A stretch of 64,000 bases of DNA from Terriglobia bacterium (lineage in GTDB: Bacteria; Acidobacteriota; Terriglobia; UBA7540), in contig JBOGKE010000078.1 of NCBI GenBank assembly GCA_050745265.1, forward strand, positions 36,841 to 100,840, in the 5' to 3' direction. A model generated the notes under the pieces. That model made no database searches. It saw nothing but the letters and a program-made list of their open reading frames with translations, and was not told the DNA's origin. Shown here one piece after another: positions 8,356 to 16,363 of the stretch. The translations under genes were made by a program, and so were the position numbers. Within the stretch, counting starts at the first letter, position 1. Each line of letters starts with the position of its first letter.

Positions 8356-11300
8356 TCAGCGCGGACGGCTCGACCCGGAGACGGACGCGGGCGGCGCGGC
8401 CAGATCGCGGGGGCACGCCTGGTGCAAGTACTCCTTGCATTCATCTTGCGTCCAGGCGCGGACAGTCCGGCGGCGCACCAGGCGCAGGAGCTCTTGATCG
8501 TCCAATATGAAAACGCGCACCATGCCGTCGTCGCAGGCCGTGGCCAGTCGTTTCCCGTCCGGGCTGAACGAAACCTGTTCGACGCCGCTCGGGTGAGTGA
8601 AACGGAACAGTTCGTCGCCCGTGCGCGCGTCCCAGACCCTCGCCGTTCGGTCAAAACTGGCGGTGGCGACGCGGGTACCATCGTAACTGAAGGCAATACC
8701 ATCAACAACGTTGGTATGTCCCCTCAGAACAATCTTCCGACCGGTATTCAGGTCCCAGATGATCCCCGTGTGATCGGCGCTGGCAGTGGCCAGGCGTTTG
8801 CCGTGAGGGCTGAAGGCCACCCATTCCACTTGACCATGGTGCCCCGACAACCCGCGAAGCTGCTTTCCGGATGAGGCGTCCCAAACTCGCGCGGTCCAAT
8901 CCAATGATGCCGCGGCCACGAGCTTACCATCGCGGCTGAACGCTACGCCGTCCACGTACACCTGGCCGCCGCTCATCGTCAGGAGGGTGCGACCGGTGGC
9001 GACGTCCCACACTACGACGCTATTTGCAGGTCCAGAACTCGCCAATCGGCTTCCGTCCAGGCTGAATGCTAAGCCGCTTGGCGAGCCCGCGGGCCATGAT
9101 CGCACCAGCCGGCCCGTCGCGGTATCGTGAATTTCTATGTGGCCCGCCATATCGTAGGTCGCAATGAGACTCGCATCCCGGCTCAGCGCCGCTGCGAAGA
9201 TCGGTTGTTTGGAGGCTTCAGGAATCGTCCGGGTGATGCGATCCGCGTCGCCATCCCACAATTTCGCCGTTGCGTCGAGGCTGGCGCTCGCCACCCGGTC
9301 TCCGCGCGCGCTGAAAGCCACGTCTTCGATGGCGTTGCGGTGAACCCCGGGCACATTCCAATACCGGACCGTTCGGTCCCAGCTTCCGGTCAGCAAATGG
9401 TCGCCCCGCGGATCGAATGATATGCTCCGGACGGCTCCTTTGTGCCCGAGCAGCTCCAGAAGCTGGCGTCCCGTCGCCACGTCCCAGATCGCTACCCGGC
9501 CGTCCTCATTACCTGTCGCGAGGCGGGCCCCGCTCGGGCTGAAGCAAAGGCTGACGACGTCGTTCCCGGGCCCGGATAAGGTTTCGATCGGGCGGCCGGA
9601 GGCCGAGTCCCATATCTTGACGGTCCGATCGGAGCTGCTCGACGCAAGCCGGCGGCCGTCCGCGCTGAAGGCCACCGCCTGAATGGGCAGAGTGTGACCC
9701 TGGAGCGTCTTGAACAATCGTCCGATTTTCGAATCCCAGATTTTGACCGTCTTATCAGCGCTGCCCGTAGCCAGGCGTGTGCCGTCGCGACTGAAGGCCA
9801 GGGCCGTAACAGACAGTTTATGGAATTGCTTCGGAGAGAAATTTGCTCGTCCCGTTCTCGAGTCATAGACAGCAACGGTTCCGTTGATGCCGCCCACCGC
9901 CAGAAGCACCCCGGTTTCGCTGAACACCGCCCCGCTTACGCTCTCGGGCAGTCCTGGAAGGCTGATCGACCGGCGCGAAGCCAGGATCCAGACTCGAAGC
10001 TGCTTGTGCAAATCCGCGGTGACGAGCAAGCTTCCGTCTGGAGACAGAGCCGTCATCGCAACCTGGTATCCTCCGCCGCGAAGGGTGGCCAATTGCTTAT
10101 TTGAGGCAACATCCCACACTCGGACGGTCCCGCCCTGCTCTGCCGCGGCCATCCGCTTTCCATCCGGGGTGAAACTGATCGCCCACACACCATCCGCTCC
10201 CAACTCCGGAGTCGTCCGGCGCAACCACGACGTCTGCACGGCGCGATTCAGCGCATCACGCGCCTCGTTTCGCAGGTCCCGCACGTCGTATCTCAAGCTC
10301 GCGGGAAGTGTGTTATTGTCCAACCGCATGAGCGAAGACTCGGCGTACGTCGCGAGCAGCACGCTGCGCTCAGGATTCGTATCCAGATTGCCGGAACTGG
10401 CCGAGATCAGACCGTGCGCGACCTCCATCTGCGCCTCGGCGCCAGCTCTCTTCCAATTTCTGCGGGCCATCGAGGCAAGGACAACCGCCAGCAGAGCCAA
10501 AAACGCCGCCGCGATCAGCATCCAGCGCGTTCGACGAAGCGCCCTGGCCCTCTCTTCCAGGCGCCCCTGCCGCTCGTTTGCGAGCAACTGAGCCTTCTCC
10601 GCCAGTTCCCGCTGGCGGCGAGCCTCGTCTTCCTGCCGGGCGGCTTCGAGGGCGGCCTCCTTTTCAGCAACGAGCTGTTTTTGAGCCTGAATGTACTGGG
10701 CGCGCCACTCGAGAATGGGGCGGCCGAGCACGTCGTGGAAGATTTCAAATCGTGGCGGCAGCGACACACGCCGCAGCACGCGCCGGTCGGAAAGCTTGAG
10801 CAGCACCGGCCACACCTGTTCGCGAGACAATTCGGCCCACGAGACCAGGTCCGAGGTTTCCTGGGCGATCTTCTTGTAGTTGGGAGTGACAAGATAGCGG
10901 AAAATTCGAGCGCAGATCATCCGCTCATCCTCTGAAAGCCCGTCCATCACATGCGCCAGATGACTCTGCAGAATTCGATCCGCTTTCCCGAGCTCTTCGA
11001 AGGTGCTCAGCCGGATCACGCGCGACTGCCGCTCGTTGATTTCCTCGTTCCACAGGCGCTCCATCACGAGTTGGAGGAACGGAGTTTCAATCCGCTCCTC
11101 TCTTGCCTGGCCTTCGGTCTGGCCCGCCCCGCCGAATTCGCAGCTCTGCAGCTTTCCGGTCCGGACTTCGTCGAGGATTGAGCGCACCAATTCATCTTCA
11201 ATGGCGACGGGCGCGCCGTTCGCGAGCTTTTGATTATAGAGGTCAAGGGGCTTCCGGATCGCCTCCTCGGCCGCCGCCATATTCAGATGGTCGATGCGAA

Positions 11301-11877
11301 ACGTATTGCTCAGCAGATTCGGGATTCGCGCGTCGAAGCGGTCCAGGCGGGAGAGCCAGTCGTCGCGGAGCGAGATGGCGAAACCCGACTCGGACTCGAT
11401 GCCATTGATGGCTGCCGCGAGCTCCCCGTCGAACGGCGCCTCCGACTCGGGATGATAGAGGAAGTATTCTTCGAACTGGTCGAGAATCACAAGAATCGCG
11501 CCATCAAAAGCGGCGCCGATCGCCGCAAGCAGGTCCGGCAACGGCAGATCCAGATTCAGCCCCAAGGGCTTTCCAAGCTTCGCCTCAACGGCGTTCGCAC
11601 ACTTCTCCTTGAGCGCCGTGGCAAACTTGGGATCCTGCCATTGACTGAAGTACACGGGGACGGTGCGAGACGCGGAATCAAGGCCCGGAACGACGCCGGC
11701 CGCAAGGACGGATGTTTTGCCCACGCCGCTCGCGCCGTAAAGAACCGTCACCGGCGCCGCATAAAGACTCGACGAAATGATCGTCTGCTCGCGCTCGCGT
11801 CCGAAGAAATACTCGCGCTCTCCCGCGGTGAACGGTTGCAGGCCCACGTAGGGACAGAATGGAGCGCCTTGCGGAAT
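8356..11877 (-). CDS. nSTAND1-type STAND NTPase + coiled coil + TM helix + 14 WD40 repeats
   Basis: Walker A GASGVGKT, Walker B LDQFEE, FEIFHDVL; 14 WD repeats counted by eye; the family motif CPYVGLQPF extends upstream of track start GTG 11847, so start is placed tentatively at ATT 11877. Confidence 0.9.
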   Translation of the reverse strand: MPQGAPFCPYVGLQPFTAGEREYFFGREREQTIISSSLYAAPVTVLYGASGVGKTSVLAAGVVPGLDSASRTVPVYFSQWQDPKFATALKEKCANAVEAKLGKPLGLNLDLPLPDLLAAIGAAFDGAILVILDQFEEYFLYHPESEAPFDGELAAAINGIESESGFAISLRDDWLSRLDRFDARIPNLLSNTFRIDHLNMAAAEEAIRKPLDLYNQKLANGAPVAIEDELVRSILDEVRTGKLQSCEFGGAGQTEGQAREERIETPFLQLVMERLWNEEINERQSRVIRLSTFEELGKADRILQSHLAHVMDGLSEDERMICARIFRYLVTPNYKKIAQETSDLVSWAELSREQVWPVLLKLSDRRVLRRVSLPPRFEIFHDVLGRPILEWRAQYIQAQKQLVAEKEAALEAARQEDEARRQRELAEKAQLLANERQGRLEERARALRRTRWMLIAAAFLALLAVVLASMARRNWKRAGAEAQMEVAHGLISASSGNLDTNPERSVLLATYAESSLMRLDNNTLPASLRYDVRDLRNEARDALNRAVQTSWLRRTTPELGADGVWAISFTPDGKRMAAAEQGGTVRVWDVASNKQLATLRGGGYQVAMTALSPDGSLLVTADLHKQLRVWILASRRSISLPGLPESVSGAVFSETGVLLAVGGINGTVAVYDSRTGRANFSPKQFHKLSVTALAFSRDGTRLATGSADKTVKIWDSKIGRLFKTLQGHTLPIQAVAFSADGRRLASSSSDRTVKIWDSASGRPIETLSGPGNDVVSLCFSPSGARLATGNEDGRVAIWDVATGRQLLELLGHKGAVRSISFDPRGDHLLTGSWDRTVRYWNVPGVHRNAIEDVAFSARGDRVASASLDATAKLWDGDADRITRTIPEASKQPIFAAALSRDASLIATYDMAGHIEIHDTATGRLVRSWPAGSPSGLAFSLDGSRLASSGPANSVVVWDVATGRTLLTMSGGQVYVDGVAFSRDGKLVAAASLDWTARVWDASSGKQLRGLSGHHGQVEWVAFSPHGKRLATASADHTGIIWDLNTGRKIVLRGHTNVVDGIAFSYDGTRVATASFDRTARVWDARTGDELFRFTHPSGVEQVSFSPDGKRLATACDDGMVRVFILDDQELLRLVRRRTVRAWTQDECKEYLHQACPRDLAAPPASVSGSSRPR

Positions 11878-11878
11878 A

Positions 11879-12850
11879 CTAACCTCCCATGACTGACCGG
11901 GTTTCCCGCAGTTTCGCGGCGAAGTCGTCGAGGTCGCAATCGAAAATCTTGACGTTGCGCCGATCCCACAGCGCGCGCTCTACATCGGAAGGATTCCGCT
12001 GGATTCCCCACGATTTCGGCGGCTCGTCATGACCGCTCGCGGCCGCCTGGTTGCGCGAGGCGAAGTGGTTGCTCATATTTTTCAGCACCAGCCTCAGGTT
12101 CCAATCTCTCAGCCCGTAGCCGAGAAACAGAAAGCTGCGCTCGCGGAAATATTGATAAAAGAACGCCGGCACCGCGCTGTTCGTGGTCATGCGCGAAAGA
12201 AACTCGACGTAGTCCTCTTCGGTGATCACGAAGTGGTCCCACTTATCGGTGGCGCGGGTGATCGAGCCGTGCATCTTGAAGATCACGGTCGTCTTGCTCA
12301 GATCGATGTAGAGCTTCTTGGGGCTTTCGAACCGAGGTTCCGGGTCGGCGTGAGGCCGCCAGAGGATGGAGTTGGCGTGCTCCTTGCTGTCCGCAGGATA
12401 TACGACGAGGTCGTAGGGTTTGCCCGCTTCGTCAAACGCCTGCTCCACCAGCGTGTCGTAGTTGGTCACGACGATCACCTGCGGCACGGGGATTTCCGCG
12501 AGGAGTTGGTGCAACGGGCCGGGCCTGTAATCTCGGTTCAGAATGAGGCGGAGACGGTTGCGAAGGTTCGGGCGGTCGCTCACGTCGACGTAGTAGGAGC
12601 ACACTTTCGCCAGGTCGCTGCGCTCCCACAATTCCGTGGCCGGGTAGCCCGTCTCCTGAGCCAGCAGACAGGAAAGCTCGGAGCCCGTCGGAAGGAACGC
12701 GGACCCGCGAGGGTCCCACGCTGCCCCGCTCGGGCGCCCGGCACAGGACGCGCCCGCGCCCAGAAATGGAATCACGCGCCCCTGCCGCCACACGTTCCAG
12801 ATCGGGCCATACGGCGGCGTTGGTCCGACCGCGATACCCGCTGCTCCCAT
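11879..12850 (-). CDS. SIR2-like (SIR2_2) NADase-type protein
   Basis: VIPFLGAGAS, VTNYD, FKMHGS, FLFLGYGLRDWN; ATG 12850 preferred because track start 12925 overlaps the promoter. Confidence 0.92.
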   Translation of the reverse strand: MGAAGIAVGPTPPYGPIWNVWRQGRVIPFLGAGASCAGRPSGAAWDPRGSAFLPTGSELSCLLAQETGYPATELWERSDLAKVCSYYVDVSDRPNLRNRLRLILNRDYRPGPLHQLLAEIPVPQVIVVTNYDTLVEQAFDEAGKPYDLVVYPADSKEHANSILWRPHADPEPRFESPKKLYIDLSKTTVIFKMHGSITRATDKWDHFVITEEDYVEFLSRMTTNSAVPAFFYQYFRERSFLFLGYGLRDWNLRLVLKNMSNHFASRNQAAASGHDEPPKSWGIQRNPSDVERALWDRRNVKIFDCDLDDFAAKLRETRSVMGG

Positions 12851-12896
12851 AGGTACCCCGGCTATGCTATTTAGCTGAAGATTAACCGTTGCTCGA

Positions 12897-12925
12897 ACCA
12901 TATACCCCCTGCACTTGTTTGTCAA
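12897..12925 (-). promoter_or_regulatory. Sigma70 promoter of the SIR2-STAND operon
   Basis: TTGACA (12925-20), 17-nt spacer, TATGGT (12902-897). Confidence 0.75.
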
Positions 12926-12944
12926 CAGCCGTCGCCCAACCTTC

Positions 12945-13017
12945 GTCGCCGCCCCGCGAATGCGGGGGCCAAGTCACTGGATTCCCGGTTTCGCGGGAAT
13001 GACGGGTCCCGGCGATC
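12945..13017. repeat. ATTCCCGC-type double-hairpin repeat
   Basis: CCCCGCGAATGCGGGGG and ATTCCCGGTTTCGCGGGAATGAC hairpins; the tail GAATGACGGGTCCCGGCGATC matches the copy at 44559-44685 (inverted) and partly 55337-55455. Confidence 0.75.
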
Positions 13018-13146
13018 CCGATACGGTGCGTCCCTCCTTTGCATCCTGCGGCGTGCCGTAAAGCAAATGCAGGATGACAGCGCCGGTGGTTGCAGCTTTG
13101 CCGCGCGGTGCCTCCCAACGAGCATCTCAAGATACAATCAGATTCG

Positions 13147-14337
13147 ATGAGCTTCTTGAGAGATCCCACATCCCTGGCCCGGCGGGCCGTTTTGCCCACC
13201 TTGCCCATCGTCTGCGCCATCCTGCTCATCGTCTGCTCCCGCGCATTCTCGTCGCCTGATCGGAATTCGAGCGCGACTTCCGAAGCGCAACTCTTCAAGC
13301 AGGCTCAAGAACTGACGTCGGAAGGCCGCTTGCGTGACGCGGCCGGCGTCTACAACCAGATTGTCCAGCTTGATTCCGGATCATTTGCAGCGCTCAACAA
13401 CCTGGGAGTCATCGATTCGCATCTCGGCGACTACAAAGGCGCCGCCGCGGCGTATGAGCGGGCGCTGTCTCTGCGGCCGGGCTCATTCGCGGTGCTCATG
13501 AACCTCGGAATCGCCCATTTCAAGGAGAGCGATTTTAATGGCGCCGTCCAACCGCTGACTCGGGCGGTCGCGCTCCAGCCGCAAAACTTTCAGGCTCTCG
13601 CCCTGCTATCGCTCACTCAATATTCGGCCAAGGATTTTACCGGCGCGTGTCGGCATCTCGAACGGGCTGTCGCCCTGAGTCCTGGTAATCCGACCCTTGA
13701 ATACATGCTGGGCGAGAGCTATCTGAGAACCGGGCAGGAGCAAAAGCTTGTGGATCGGTTCAGCACGATGGCACAGCCATCGGCCACTGATCGGATGTTG
13801 CTCGGGGCGGCTTCCGACGCCGTGGGGCGGACCCAAGACGCGATCCGGGAGTTCACCCTGGCCGCTTCGAGCGAGCCGGACGCGCTCTGTGTTCACTTTG
13901 GCCTTGGGTTTCTCTACTGGAAGGAGCACGATGACCTCCGCGCGGCCGGGCAATTTGGGCTCGAGATGGAGGACGCGGGCTGGGTACCGCAATCCGAGGC
14001 GTACCTTGGCGATATCGATCTGCGGCGCGGAAAGCGTAGGGAAAGCCGCGCGATGCTCGAACAAGCGCTGAGGCTCAATCCCGATCTCAGCTTGGCTCAC
14101 CTCGATCTCGGGATTCTCGACGCGCTCGACAAGAGCTACGGCGATGCTGCCGCCGAGTTCGAAAAAACGATTCGGCTTGATCCGAAAATGGCGGAGGGTT
14201 ATCGGCGTCTCGCGCAAGTCTATGCCGCCGAGGGCAAGCCGCGCCTGGCGGCGTCCGCAACGGCGCAAGCGAACAGTCTGAAGGGCGAACGGCCGGAGAG
14301 CCTAGCGGAGAAAGCGGCCCTCATCCCGCCGCCGTGA
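13147..14337 (+). CDS. Secreted tetratricopeptide repeat protein
   Basis: Signal-peptide-like hydrophobic segment followed by multiple TPRs (NNLG..AY..AL, NLG.AHF, HLDLG); start uncertain. Confidence 0.85.
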   Translation: MSFLRDPTSLARRAVLPTLPIVCAILLIVCSRAFSSPDRNSSATSEAQLFKQAQELTSEGRLRDAAGVYNQIVQLDSGSFAALNNLGVIDSHLGDYKGAAAAYERALSLRPGSFAVLMNLGIAHFKESDFNGAVQPLTRAVALQPQNFQALALLSLTQYSAKDFTGACRHLERAVALSPGNPTLEYMLGESYLRTGQEQKLVDRFSTMAQPSATDRMLLGAASDAVGRTQDAIREFTLAASSEPDALCVHFGLGFLYWKEHDDLRAAGQFGLEMEDAGWVPQSEAYLGDIDLRRGKRRESRAMLEQALRLNPDLSLAHLDLGILDALDKSYGDAAAEFEKTIRLDPKMAEGYRRLAQVYAAEGKPRLAASATAQANSLKGERPESLAEKAALIPPP

Positions 14338-14343
14338 AGGCGA

Positions 14344-14828
14344 GTAGCGCCGGGCTTCAGGGGCTGCGGAAAAAGGCGCTGCCAACTGTCGTTCTGCGCC
14401 CTTCGGCTCCGCTCTCCAGAAACTTCTCGTGAAGACGAGCGAAAGGCCCGAAGGGCCGCAATAAAGTAGCCCCGGGCGCAAGCCCGGGGGAGGGCAGCAC
14501 CCCAAATTGCCGCTCCGCGCCCGCCGCCCGGTGCCGGCACCTGGCGGCGGGCGCGGAAAGATGATCCTTGGAGGCTCACGTTCCCACGGCTTGCGCCGTG
14601 GGCTACTTTATTTCGCCCGCTCCGCGGGCTTACGCCGACGTTTCCGGCGCTATGGACCCGCCGCGAGGCGGGCAAGCAACTCAGGGTAAACTCCCCGAAG
14701 AATCTCTGCATTTAAGAATCATACCAATATGGAGATTCCTCGCCGCCTGCGGCTGCTCAGAATGACACGGTCCGGGGGTTTTCCGCAGCCTCTTCAGCCC
14801 GGCATGCCGCCCTAAAGGGCGGCTCTAC
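14344..14828. mobile_element. Nested repeat: GTAG REPIN split by a TIR MITE (14360-14792) carrying a further 265-bp REP insert
   Basis: TTCA duplicated at 14356-59 and 14793-96; TIRs GGGGCTGCGGAAAA/TTTTCCGCAGCCTC; CTC duplicated at 14412-14 and 14680-82. Confidence 0.8.
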
Positions 14829-16071
14829 CGGCCGCGCAAGGGTCCGCCGGGGCGACGATACGAATGAAATGATCGGACATCACAAACGGCGCGCGCGGCA
14901 GGCGGCACTTCGGCATGTGGCAGGTCGCGCAGTTGTGGGTGGCGACAGGGCAGGCCTTTCCGAAACGAACCGCGCCTGCGGCGCGATGCGTCGCGGGATG
15001 GCAGGAGAGGCACGCCGAATCGTAGGCGGCCTCGCGTTGGAGCGGTTGATGCGGATCGTGACACGTGACGCAAGTGATGCGGCGTGTCATGATCCAGCAC
15101 TGGCTCATTTCAAGCCGGTACGGCTCGTAATGAACCGTATCCAAGCCGTGAAGTCCCTCGGCGATCACGAGAGCTGAAGTACGGTGGCACGCGCCGCAGA
15201 AATTCTCCATCGCCGGCGGCGCGAGTGTGGCAGGATTGAATATTAAGCTGTTTGCTGCTTGCGCTCCCGCCGGCACGGTGCGGCCGCGGTAGGAAGCCGA
15301 TTTCGCTCGCTCCTCCATCAGGGATACGTGCCGCGCTCCCGGCCCGTGGCACGCTTCGCAGGTGACGCCGCGGATCATTTCATCTACTCGCAGCTGATTG
15401 TCCGTGACTGCCGCCGTGGTGTGGCAGGAGATGCATTGCTGCGCCGCGACCGGAACCAGAGGCAACCCGAAAGCCGCCGGAAGCGTGGGCGGCGGCGAAC
15501 CGGATAGCCCGGCGACAACGGAGAGGCGGTGCAGGACCGGATAATAGGCAGCCTCGCTTTCGTAATATGTTCCATTCAGGCGAAAGATGAAGGCTTGCCC
15601 CACAACTCCGACTCCGTAAGCCCACAGAAGGGGAACCGACAGGGTCTGCGCGCCATCGGTGACGGAATAAATGCTCTGGTTACCCGACCGGGCGATTCGG
15701 TAAGTGTATTTGCCGCGCTGAAAGCTCATGTCGGGATTCGCGCGCAGATACTGGCTATCGGCCGCGGGCTCGATCGCATGGGCCATCTGGGTCGCCGACC
15801 ACGTTCGTGCGATCGATGCGTGACATCGGGCACAAACCTCGGGACCGGTGTAGGCGTCGCGCGGGTCAGAACCTCGGTTGGGCCACCACGCGCCGGCGTG
15901 GGTCTGAGCCGGCGTTATTTCGGGCCGCGTATCACTGACGGTTTGCGCGATCGCGAGAGGGCCCGCCATCAACAGGAAGGCAAAAGCCAGAAAGCAGACG
16001 GCTCTAGAGACGGCGGAAAAAGCTCGGAACGTATCATTCTGAGGAGCCGTAGGCGACGAAGAATCCCGCAT
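14812..16071 (-). CDS. Multiheme cytochrome c (7 CxxCH; c554-like family common in Acidobacteria)
   Basis: CARCH, CISCH, CEACH, CGACH, CVTCH, CLSCH, CATCH; Sec-like hydrophobic N-terminus ending AIA-Q. Confidence 0.9.
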   Translation of the reverse strand: MRDSSSPTAPQNDTFRAFSAVSRAVCFLAFAFLLMAGPLAIAQTVSDTRPEITPAQTHAGAWWPNRGSDPRDAYTGPEVCARCHASIARTWSATQMAHAIEPAADSQYLRANPDMSFQRGKYTYRIARSGNQSIYSVTDGAQTLSVPLLWAYGVGVVGQAFIFRLNGTYYESEAAYYPVLHRLSVVAGLSGSPPPTLPAAFGLPLVPVAAQQCISCHTTAAVTDNQLRVDEMIRGVTCEACHGPGARHVSLMEERAKSASYRGRTVPAGAQAANSLIFNPATLAPPAMENFCGACHRTSALVIAEGLHGLDTVHYEPYRLEMSQCWIMTRRITCVTCHDPHQPLQREAAYDSACLSCHPATHRAAGAVRFGKACPVATHNCATCHMPKCRLPRAPFVMSDHFIRIVAPADPCAAGRAAL

Positions 16072-16090
16072 TTTTTTGATTCTCAAATAT
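16007..16090. repeat. Remnant of the TIR MITE / TCATTCTGAG repeat overlapping the 5' end of the cytochrome gene
   Basis: GAGACGGCGGAAAAA then TCATTCTGAGGAGCCGTAGGCGACGAAGAATC, collinear with 17439-17497. Confidence 0.75.
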
Positions 16091-16225
16091 AGAGACTAGC
16101 CCGGGTAATCCGAACATGCCGATTATCGGCTGTGATTTGCATTCGCGCCACAGTCAAATTGCGATGTGGGGCGCGAAAGCGACGACGTTCCGGACAAAAT
16201 CTCAGCGGCGGCGGGTATACTTGCG

Positions 16226-16312
16226 GTAGCGTCGCCCTTAAGGGCGGCACGTGCTGGGCTAAAAGCCCGGCGCTACTCGCGAAATTCCGTAGAGCCGCCC
16301 TTCAGGGCGGCA
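16226..16312. repeat. GTAG REP cluster
   Basis: GTAG..CGCCCTTAAGGGCG..GCTAAAAGC..CTAC, plus GTAGAGCCGCCCTTCAGGGCGGCA (inverse copy at 14805-14828). Confidence 0.75.
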
Positions 16313-16363
16313 GGCGATCAGCCGCGGACGTGAAAAGCAGCGCCACGCTAAACGGAGGAACAC

